From Chrysemys picta bellii (lineage: Eukaryota): 64,000 nucleotides of DNA. The DNA lies in NCBI RefSeq assembly GCF_011386835.1, contig NC_088812.1, positions 12,958,001 to 13,022,000 on the forward strand. Direction: 5' to 3'. The notes under the pieces were generated by a model. That model searched no databases. It had not been told where the DNA came from and saw only the letters and a list, made by a program, of their open reading frames with translations. How positions within the stretch are numbered: the stretch's first letter is position 1; each line of letters starts with the position of its first letter. Position numbers and translations under genes: made by a program. Below, in pieces: positions 11,301 through 21,800 of this stretch.

Positions 11301-12831
11301 CGGGGCCTTTCACCAACAAAAGGAAGGAGTATTCGGAGAGGAGGATTATAGGGTAAGTGGCATTGGCTGTGTTCCCCCAGAGGGGGATGGGGCTTTCCCT
11401 GCACGCTCCAGCATGCTGCGTCCTTCCCCTGCTTGCCCCAGTGCTGGTGGCAAAAGGGGAGTTTGGTCTCCAGGCCTCGGTCAAGCCTCGACCTGTCTGT
11501 GACGTGACGTGGGCAGTGCGAACCGGAGTGAGACCCATGAAACTCATTGCATGTGCAGGGCGGGGGGCATGGATGGTGGTGGAGGTGCCCGGTTCCCTAG
11601 CCCGTCCCCGAGCTGCCCTGTGCCTGCAGGACGGCAGCACCGAGTCAGCGCAGGCGTCTCCCCCCGGCAGGTACTCCATGCAGGAAATGTACGAGGTGGT
11701 GTCCAACGTGGATGACTACAAGCACTTTGTCCCCTGGTGCAAGAAGTCGGTGGTGGTCTCCAAGCGCACGGGCCACGTGAAGGCTCAGCTGGAAGTGGGC
11801 TTCCCGCCCGTGCTGGAGAAATACACCTCCATCATCACCTTGGTGCGCCCGCACCTGGTCAAGGTGAGGCTGCCGGGGATTCTCAGGGCGGGGGATGTGC
11901 GGGGATGGAACAGTTCGGGGTGGGGGCGCTCAGCCCCCCCAGGGAGCCTGGCTTCCCAGCACTCTGGTAGCAAAGCCCCTCGCCTGACGCTCCTGCTATC
12001 CCTTCTCAGGCCATCTGCACTGACGGGAGGCTCTTCAACCACCTGGAGACTAGCTGGCGCTTCAGCCCGGGCATCCCAGGCTACCCCCGCACCTGCACGG
12101 TGGATTTCTCGGTAAGCCCCCCCCCTCCCCCCCCAGCCTGCCCTCTCCCATTCCCCGCCCCACCCAGTCGCCACGTGGAGTCGTCCCCGCAGTGAATCCA
12201 CTGGGGATGGACCGGAGAGGTGGCTGCCGACCAGCCAGCGCATACTGTTAGAAGCACCTGTCCCCAGGTCACTGGCCTCGAGGAGGAGGTAAGCAGGGGG
12301 CGAAATGCTGCCCTCAGCCACTGAGCGACTGCTGTTCGTGTCTCGAGGGAGAGAGAAGCAGGAGCAAATGTTCCACCTGGGCACATTTGTCTGAGAGGCG
12401 GGGCCTGGGAGTCAGGACTCCTGGGTTCTCCTCCTGGCTCTGTCAGTGACATGCTGCGTGAGCCTGTCTCTCGGCCTCAGTTTCCCCAGTGGGCTGCGGG
12501 GTTTGTGTGGAGGCGACTGTTCGCTGCGTGCTGCTGAGGAGGGCAGGTTCCCCACTGGACATTGTGGAACAGGGGCAGCCCCGTCCCCCTGCCCTTTGTC
12601 CAGGGGGGGCTCTGGCCCGGCCTGCCCTGCTCCGCCAGCCCCTCATCTCTCTCTCCTCCCCAGATCTCCTTCGAGTTCCGCTCCCTGCTGCACTCGCAGC
12701 TCGCCACGGTCTTCTTCGACGAGGTGGTCAAGCAGATGGTGGCAGCTTTCGAGCGGCGGGCGGCCAAGAACTTCGGCCCGGAGACGCGCATCCCCCGGGA
12801 GCTCATGTTTCACGAAGTTCACCAAACGTGA
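5217..12831 (+). CDS. COQ10A: Coenzyme Q-binding protein COQ10 homolog A (START-like domain), 5 coding exons
   Basis: Exons: 5217-5296, 11191(or 11197)-11352, 11671-11863, 12010-12111, 12664-12831(TGA). All are GT-AG and phases are consistent. Protein motifs: [69 protein letters not shown] versus B is assigned by synteny with ANKRD52/CS. Exon 1 is less certain because the transit peptide is poorly conserved. Confidence 0.92.
5335..5770. repeat. About 37-bp G-rich minisatellite at the start of COQ10A intron 1
   Basis: Repeated GGGGGAGGGGCCATGGGGGCAGAGAGGGGGGTCTCT. Confidence 0.9.
9543..10757. mobile_element. Non-autonomous DNA transposon (hAT-like, about 1.2 kb) in COQ10A intron 1
   Basis: The right end CAGAATTCCCCCAGGAGTA is the reverse complement of a degenerate left end (CTGCTGAGGGCATTCTG, 14/17 match). 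The interior has G-rich sub-repeats and no transposase. Confidence 0.65.
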
Positions 12832-15800
12832 GGGGGTCAGGGCCGCACGTGCAGACTGTGCCGGGGCGGCGGGAGGCGCTCGGATGCCCTGCCCCCGCCT
12901 TTTTAACTATTTATTTGATTTCACCTCTCCTGACGGTCTCTCTAATTTATCTGCTGCCCCGGTGTGCTGAGAACGGGGACGTACCCGGAGCGGCTGGGTC
13001 TGGCTGCCCCGGACCAGCCCCCGCCTGCCGTCTCGCACAGACGAACCGCACCGGCCCGCCCGGCTCCATATTTTTGTAGCTAATTTTATTTTAAATTTAT
13101 TTTATTTTGGGGGCGGGGTCTTGTTTAACATCCCTCCAAGCAGGGAAGAGCGGTCCCTGCCCCTTCCTGATTGCCAGCAATTCCCGTCTTTCCCGCTGTG
13201 CTGCCCTCACGGCAGAAACCAGCGGGGCTGCGTGGGCCAGCCCCCCCTTGGTCGGATTGCCTTTCCCCCAGGCGGGGCCGAGGCAGTGTGCGCGTGGACT
13301 GGACGATGGGGGTCTCGGCTCGCCTATCTGCGGTCGGGGGCAGGGTGTGGGAAACGGATCAGAACCTTCTCCCCGTCCCAGGGGTGCTGAGTGCAGAGAA
13401 GGGCGCCTAGCCAGCGTTACAGTGGCGGCGTGGGAGCGAGAGGGGAGTTGCATTCGGTCTGGAAGCGAGCACCGACGGGAAGTGTCACATTATGCGGGGC
13501 CTGCGGAAAGGGGCGGGGGCACTGCCTGGTTGGCGCCCCTGGCAGAAGGTGGGAATGAGCGGGCAGGGCATGGGGCAAGTGCCCGGAGGGCAGCATGGGA
13601 CTCGGAGGGCAGCTGCTCCACCAGCCCTGCAGGTGGGATCTCGCTGAGCTCGCCCTGGGTGGAGGGAGCGCTCCCCGGGCCCTCGTTGGAGAGGGAGATG
13701 GCACGGCCACAGCCAGGCCCCCCCACAGCACTGGCAGCGGGGCTGCTGGCTCCTGGCCCGTCTCCCTTGGGAGAGCCCTGCGGGCGGGAGATAAAGCCTG
13801 CCTGAGTGACCCAGGATGGAGGTGGCCCGGAGCCTCCATGGGGTGGTGGGGCAGAGGTGATGCCCACTGGGTACCCGGCCCTAGGGAAGCCCTGGCAATG
13901 GAAGGCGGATTTTCTATGCACTGACGCAGAGTCCCAGATGCTGGAGTCTCCCCTCCTGCTTCGGGGGAGGGGGGGGGGACGGGGACGACCTCCCCTCTCC
14001 CCTCCAAAGCTCCCAGAAGCCCAGGGGGTGTCAGCAGGGGGTTCCTCTCCAGCTGGTAGTGGAAGGCTTTAGAAGGGGGGAGCAAGGATCCAGGTCCCAG
14101 GGGCTGCGGCCCCACAGCGGAGCCCTCCTTGGCCAGCCCCCCAGCCGTGCTGTGAGCAGGGCAGGGAGGGGTGAGAACACCGCTGCTCCCCCCTCCCCGC
14201 CCAGGCACACAGCAGCGCTGTCGGGGGAGCGTGGCGAACGCTGCGGGAGATAAGTGAACAGAGCCCCATTGTCCTCCGCCAGCGGAGGGAGGCCCCGGAG
14301 CCTGCAGAGCGCTGGGGGTGGATTCTGCCTAGAAAGGCCCCGTCACCTTGAAAAGCAGCTGCAGCTTCGCTCCACGTGTGGCCCAATCCACAGCCAACCC
14401 GTGTCCCCGTGGGAGCTGCCCGCTAGTGGGGAGCAGAGCCTGGCTCTCCCCTCGCCCCACACCCCAGCGCCAAGCACCCAGGCCCAGCACCTTGTAGCAG
14501 ACTCTGCGCCCCGGCCCCTCCTGCTGTGCAAAGGAGCCGGCGTTACATACGAGACCCGCGGGCAGGGCAGGGCAGAACCGCCAGCCCCAGGCCGGCTGCA
14601 CTGGTTTGCACCGCTGTACCTGCACCGAGTGGGGGAGGGATCCCGGCTGCTGCACGCTGCCCTCGCACGAGAGGCTGGGCGCAGAGACCGCCCAGGGCGT
14701 GCCACTGCAGAGCGTGTTCAGAGCTTCCCATTGCGGCTCTGGGGGGAGGTGGCAACGGGAGGCTGAGCAGGCAGCGTGTGGGTCACAGCAGTGATGGAAG
14801 GGGGCGGTTGGGCCCTGCGTCTCGTTCAGCCCGAATGCCTAGTGGGGCTGGGCAACGCCCATGGCATGGGAGTCGTTACCACAGTAAGGGCTTGAATGGC
14901 CTCTCCGGGGACCTGTCTCCAGAAGTGGGGGGTAGCCCAGGGCACTGGTACCGCTGGGATCTGTTGCCAGCAGTGCGGCTTCCCCTGCCGGGGGCCACCT
15001 GCCACCCACGTCCGAGCGCTGGGCCGGCTGCGAACACCGCGTCTGCTCCAGGCCTCTGGCCTGACTCCCTGCCCTTAACCCTTCGCTTCCAGCCGGGCTC
15101 CCCCCGTCTCCAGGGCCCAGGAGATGGGTGGGGGCTGCAGCTGGGCTCTGCCCTGTGCGGTGCCTTCCGCCTGCTCCCTTCTCAGCCTGACCCCCAGGCT
15201 GCCCTCTGCCGGCTCACTGAGAGAAACGCACACTGGGGGGGATCAATCTGATGCAGGGGTGGGGGGGGGAACACCCCCCCCAGCCTCCATCTCAGAGCTG
15301 GGACGCACCCACCTCCTCCGTGCGCTCACGTGGGAGTTTTGTCTCCAGCCGAGAGACTCTGTCGAAATTTCCTGCCCAGAGAAGTGGGTTTTTTAGGCCA
15401 ATAAAAAGCATTTGGCAAGTGGGCTCGTTGCCTCCTTCAGGGTGTCTGCGGCGGCTCCGGGGCTGGGTTCTGCGGGTCGGTGTCACCTGAGAGGTTGGCA
15501 CCTGCGGGCCACCTGGGCTGGGTATTTCTCAGCTGGACTCGGGGCAGGGGGTACGTGGGGCCCGCCCTGTGGGCCTGGTGCTCGCTGGCTGGCCGGGCCC
15601 TTTCCGCTCAGCATAGCTGCCCCTGGCTTTGCACCACATCTGCCCTCATGCCCTGGCCCCGGGCACCCGCTGCACAGCAGGGCACGTCCCAGACACCAAC
15701 TCATGACTGTGCTGTCTGTCCTGCAGCCACGCCAGCCTCGGGCCTTTCCCTGTGGTTCTCCAAGCACCAGTGTCTCTGCCCTGGGGGAGATGGGTAAGTG

Positions 15801-17829
15801 CGGGCCCTGGCCCAGCCCCGCCTGGTCCCACCCCCCTCGCTAGCCACAGCTGTGCTGATCCCTGGTCCCTGCACCCACCTCACACGGCAACACGGGCTGG
15901 CTTCACGGTCTCGTTCCTTAGCGGGTGCTGGCTGCCGCCCCGGCCCTCGCCAGCTGGAGGTGCCCCCGTAGGACTGCTGGGGGTTGGCTGGCTGCAGCAA
16001 AGCATGCTGGGGGCAGGAGCCGGGGCAGCCCCCCAGCAGGGCTCCGTCCTGGGTGCAAATCCAACCCTGGGGGTGGTGCCACCACTGGGCTGTGGGTTTG
16101 CCCAGGCTCGTTCGGTGTTGGCGCCGGCAGGCTGCTCCCCCGCCCCAGTGGGGTCCAAGCGCGACTGATCCAGCCAAGGGGTCTGCCGCAAGCCGGAGCC
16201 ATGGCGGGCGGGCACCTGCCGCCAGGGACAGCTGAGCCCACGTGCAGGGCCTGCCGCAGCCGGAGGGGCCTCGGCCCTCGTTAGCCACGAGGGGAGACGG
16301 AGACAAGCTGGCAGCCGGGACAAACACGACACAGCCCCCCCCCGTGTGCAATTCCCCCAGCTCAGCCCCCGGCCTGGTGCACACGCCCCCGCCCAGTCGT
16401 GCTGCATTAAATCCCAGCCCAAGGCCGGCCCTGGGGCTGCTGCTGTGGGATAGCGGGAGGGGCTCATGCAGGCCAGAAAACAAAGGTCTCCTTCCACCTG
16501 CCCTGCCCTTCGGGCGCAGGCCAAGGCAGGAGAAAGGGCTGGGGAGCAGCTGGGGGTCGCAGCAGCCTGGCCCCAGGCCTCACAAGGGTCTGAGATGCCC
16601 TGACCCCTGGGTCGCCTCCCTCCAAGCTGGGATGATGGGGGGGCAAGGCCTGCAGGGAGTGGGGGCTGCTCCAGCAGTGGACAGAGCTCGGGCTCTGCCC
16701 TCTGAAATGCCGGACACGGCCACAGCTGCCAGGCTGGGATGCTGGACTTCCGCACTGGGGGTGGGATCGACTCTCTTGGCATCACCCGGCCCCGGCTCAC
16801 CCCCAGCCCCTAGTTACAGGAACCTTCTGGGCCCGTTGTTCCAGCATCATTGCCGCAGTGCCCCTTGGGGGCACGGAGCGGGGGCTGGGGAAATCACTGG
16901 CCCCTGGCAGCAAGCCAGGCCTGTGACTTTCCAGGCCCAAGCCAGGGAGAGCCGGGCCCAGAGGCTCGTGTTCCATCCCAGGCTGGGCGAACGCGCCCGT
17001 TTCCCATGGGCTGGGGAGCCCCGTTCAGCTGGGACAGCGTCACGTGGGTTCGGGGGCAGGCCCCTGGGAAGAGTCCCGGCCCCTGCATGTAGGGAAGCAG
17101 GGAACAGGTGGGTTGTGGGAACCGCCGTAGGGGCTTTTGCAGCTGTGAAAAGCTGGCTGGGGGTCCCTGGGGGACCGAAGCCCTCACCCCCCCTGCAGGG
17201 CTGGAGAGGTGGCACCGGCTCCCGGGGCCTAGCTCCCTCCCCAGCCCCCCGCTGCCCAGCAGGGCAGGCCAGGAAAGCCCCAGGGTGGAGCAACAGGGCA
17301 CTGCTCAGTTAACCCTGCGCTGGGCTGGTGGTCAGAGTCAAGCACAAAGCAGCAACTGGCAGGGGAGATCAGGTCCATCCTGCCCCTCCACCCCCCGGCT
17401 TAGCAGCCTGCCCTGGCGGCCGGGCACTGGGGCAGGAGTTGAGTTCCTAACGTCCAGGCCATAATGCCAGGACTACGCTGTTCTCGGCCGGGGCCGGCTT
17501 CCGGGACCTTCCCCGCTGCCCCCGCCCCATTCAGAGGGACCCAGAGCCTGGGGAAGGATAATGGCGCCCTCGTGTGGACATGTGGGAAACGGCACCTAGA
17601 CCGTGCGAGGTTGTGGCGCGAGGGGGGCTCACAGCGCTATTCGGGGCCTGGCTGCTGTCCTGCAGGAGGGGCCAGGCACAGCTGGTGGCATAAGGCCCAG
17701 AACCACTTGGGGAAATCACCCCTCAGCTGAGATCCGAACCCCAGGGCCCCGCCCAGGGCCAGGCCGGGGCTGCATCCTGCCCGCTGGCGCCTCCGACACA
17801 CCAGGGAAGCAGTTTTGTTAATAAAAACA

Positions 17830-17835
17830 TTTATT
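17830..17835 (-). terminator. CS polyadenylation signal AATAAA
   Basis: TTTATT on the plus strand about 1 kb past the CS stop. It sits in an AT-rich island and is preceded on the sense strand by TGTA. Confidence 0.7.
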
Positions 17836-18828
17836 TTGCATTTTGTACAGAGCCCCCCACAGGCTGCGCCAGGCCGTGGCCGGAGCCCACCCAGCGCCCC
17901 GGGGGCGGTTAGGGGACACGGGCATTCACACAAACACACACAGAACCGGGGCGGGGGAGGAGTGTATCGCGTCCTTCCTCGGGAGACAGGGCAGGAGCCA
18001 GGGTCACTTTTGCACTGCAACTGCTCAGAAAGGTGGCTAGCCGCACGGCCCCGCAGCTAGTGCCTAGGAAATCACGTCCTCGCGCGGCCGGGCTGCCCCC
18101 CACAGCTCTGGCCCCACCGCCACGCCGAGGGAAAGCCTAAGCGCAGATCTTTCCCCTCCCCCCCAGGCAGCAGTGGGGCTTAGGGGAAGGCCTGGCCCCT
18201 GCAGCAGCGAGCCAGGGAAGTCCTAGGGGGGTGGGATGAGAAAGGGTCCATGGCCCGGTGTACAGGGAGGGTGCCCCAGGCCCTGCCCCGGGACGAGGAA
18301 AAGCCCAGAGATGCCCTGGCCCCCCGACTCAAGGTGGCAGGAGAGGAGGACCAAGGCAAAGGAAGCGATTCAAGCGTTCACACGCCAACCCCCCTCTCAG
18401 GGCTAAGCGAGCAGGTTTGATCTGGGCCTAGGAGCGTGTCTGGCTATGGGGCTGGGACATGGACAAGGCAGCACTCAGCACGGTACATGATTGAGAAAGG
18501 ACCCTCTTCTCCTGGCCGGGGGGCTAGGGCGGGCTGGCCTAGAAAGCCGTGCGGGGGGGGGGGGGCAGCTGGGCTCTGGTTGGCTCAGGAGTTTAACAGA
18601 GGTGCCGCTAATGGCGGCGGGCGGATTGGGGGCGATAGGAAGGGGGCTGATTGTTTTAATCTTAATTTACACCATAAATAACCTGAAACTTATGGTCAGT
18701 GCCTCAGAGAAAGGTTTAATTCTAGCGTCTGGCCGAGGCCCTTGGAAGGGAAAAGGTGTACTGTCTCTTTAAACAGCCCCTGGACAGCTGGCAAGCGCGG
18801 GCTCCCCCCCCACCTCCCCTCCCTTCCT

Positions 18829-21800
18829 TTAACCCGATTTGAAGCCCACGAGCTGCATGAGGCCGTCCGTGCTCATGGACTTGGGTCTCTCCAGCGGGAA
18901 GCCGAGCGCCCGGCTCCAGATGAGTTGGGCCAGGACGCCCAGGGCCCGCGAGACGCCGAACAGCACCGTGTAGTAATTCATCTCCTTCATGCCGTAATAC
19001 TGCAGAGGGGAGAGGAGTGGGGCGGGGGGTTAGGCCAGTGCCCAGCAGCCCCCAGGATCTGGGCCTGGGAGATGCTCAGGCCCTGGGGGTGGTGGTGGGC
19101 TGGCTCCCAGTGCCAGGGTGTGTCTGGGGCCACGGGGGGCTCAGAGTCTCGCCTGCTGAGCCCGGGGAGGGCGAGCTGGAGGGGCCAGGGCAGAGCAGGG
19201 CTCGGGGGAGGGCGCCCCGAGGGGGCTGGCGCCTTACCTGCAGCAGCACCCCGCTGTGCGCGTCCACGTTGGGCCAGGGGTTCTTGGCCTTGCCCTGCTC
19301 CAGGAGCACGTTGGGGACGATCTTGTAGAGCTGCGCCACCAGTTTGAACATGGGGTCCTTGGGGAGGTGCTTGAGGGCGAACTCCCGCTGGCAGGTGTAG
19401 CGGGGGTCCGTCTTCCTCAGCACGGCGTGGCCGTAGCCGGGGACCACCTGCGGCGACAGGAGGCCTGGGGTTAGCGCAGAGGGGGGGCGGTGGGGGGCAG
19501 TCGCCCAGACTCAGCACTGCTCCCGCAGCCCAGGGGGACTCACCCGGCCGGAGTTCAGCGTGTTCCAGATGAAATCTCGCAGCTTCTCATCAGGCACGTC
19601 CTGGCCCAGTTCCTTCTGCAGGTTTGTCAGCCACACCAGCACCTCCTGCGCCGAGAGAGGGCACGGGGGTGAGGCCGGGACCGTGTCCCCCTCTCCCCAC
19701 CCCCCACCACGCAGGCCACGCGACCCCTACCTGATTGGCGAGGCCGTGCAGCGGCCCGGCCAGGCCGTTCATGGCCGCGGCGAAGGCGAGGTACGGGTCG
19801 GAGAGGGCGCTGCCTACCAGGTGGCTGGTGTGGGCGCTGACGTTCCCGCCCTCGTGATCACTGCAGGGAGGAGACGGTTAGCAGAGGGCGGCAGCCGACC
19901 TACTGCCTGAGCTGGGGGCTGCCAGCCCGCCCGGCCAATTCAGGGAGCAGCTTCTCTCAGGGTGGGGGGCTGCTGTGGGATGGGGAGGCTGGATCCAGCT
20001 GCAGCCTTCAGAGCCCCGCCCCGGTTCCACCCCGGCCTGCGCTGAACTGCGGGGGGCTCAGAGCCCGGCCTGCCTGAGCTCTGCCGACCGGGGCAGGGCT
20101 CCCCTCTGCCCTATTTACAGGGCTCTGGAGTTCCAACCTCCTCCTCCCACGCAGGGACGCTCCTGCCTCTCCCCAGGGCGGCCCACACGCAGCATCCACC
20201 GCGCCAGCCTCGCTCCCAGCTGCAGCCCCTCCCGGCCCCCGGCCCCACGCGCGGTTCACACCTGTGGATGGTGAGGTAGAGCCGCATGAGCTCGATGAAC
20301 TGGGGGTCGCTGTAGCCCAGCATGTTGGTGAAGTTATGGGACCAGTCCAGGCTGGGGTCGATGGCCCCGATGCTGCTGCCCTCGCGGTACAGGTTGCGGT
20401 AGATCTTGGCGGCGATGCAAGGCAGCTTGGCGATCAGGTCCATGGAGTCCTCGTAGATGAACTGCGGGGACGGGGAGAAGGTGGGCTGCTCACCGAGGAC
20501 AGCAGGACCACGGCTCGGCCAGGGACCCCCACGCCCCTCCCGCTTTGCTCCTGGCCTGCCCAGCGTCCTCGGGCCACGCGAGCAAACGGGGCCGTGCTGA
20601 GCAGAGGGACCGTGTGCCGTCCCGGCTGCACACAGGGGCTGCTGTTTGACGGCTGCTTTGTCCCACCCCAGAGGTGGCTGCGTTTCAGTGACACGACAGC
20701 CCGTGTCTATAGCGGGAAGTTAAATCACAACACGTCCCAGTGCTCTGAGCAGGAAATGGAGAACCAGGCCCCTGACCGCACCGCTTGCTTTAACCAGCCG
20801 TAGGTGCCAACCGTGCCAGGGGCAGCGGAAATTGGGTAATTCGGAGAGACGGTAACGGGCAGGGAAAGCTACTGGAGGGTAGTGAGGAGGAGAAGCCACA
20901 GACTCACCCGCCCAGACAGCCGGCGTCCCTCCAGCACGGGCTCCAGGTAATACACTGTTACACACCCAGAGGCCAGAGATTCTCCGCTCTGATGGCAGGG
21001 AGTTGGGCCAAGAGGAAGCCAGCTCGGCTGCCTTACAAGGACGGGTGCAGCTGGCCCTGTCCAAGCGTTGCTCCATCCTCCAGCCCAGCACTAGCCCCAT
21101 TGTACAGGTGGGCAAACTGAGGCCGAGGGGAACGTGACTCGGACAAGGCCCCAGAGGGAGTCAGCGTCAGAGCCAGCCATGCCCTTGCCCCAGACCCACC
21201 CACGCTGCAGCTTCCAGCCGCTGGTGTCGGGAGGTCGGCTCTCGCCGGCTGCCGGGCTGCAGGCCAGACGCTCTCCATGGCCCAATGCGGGCAGCAGGGT
21301 GCCCAGCTGGGCCTGGCCTCAGCGGGGCGCATCCCGGCACAGCTCACAGGCCTCGCGCCCTACCTCCCAGTACTTGGCCCGGCTGATGCCCTCGGAGTAG
21401 GCCCGGGCGAAGTTGCTCTCGCTGTTGAGGGCGGTGATGGCGGCGCTGAGCTGGGACATGGGGTGCAGGTTGGTGGGGAAGTTGTCCAGCATGGTCACCA
21501 CGTGGGAGGGCAGAGCCGCCCTCTTGGCCCACTCTTGGGAGACCCAGCTCACCTGAGGGAGGAAACACCACACGGGGTTAGCCGGGGAGCACCGAGGGGC
21601 TGGGGGCGCAGGCTGCCTGCCCCCACCGGGGCTGGCGGGCCAGGCCCGGCGCGGAGAACAGGCTGCAGCAGCATGGCGAGGCCACGAGAGATCGGGGCTT
21701 AAGTCACAGAGCCCAGAGCCACGGCCAGAGCCCCCCCGCCTCACCTGTTCCTGAGTGGGGATGTCTCCGGTCAGAAGCAGCCAGAACAGGCCCTCGGGCA

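Noticed and set aside
15701-17312. 260-356 aa ORFs on both strands between COQ10A and CS
   Set aside because: Pro/Gly/Ala/Arg-rich and overlapping on both strands, typical of GC-rich non-coding DNA.
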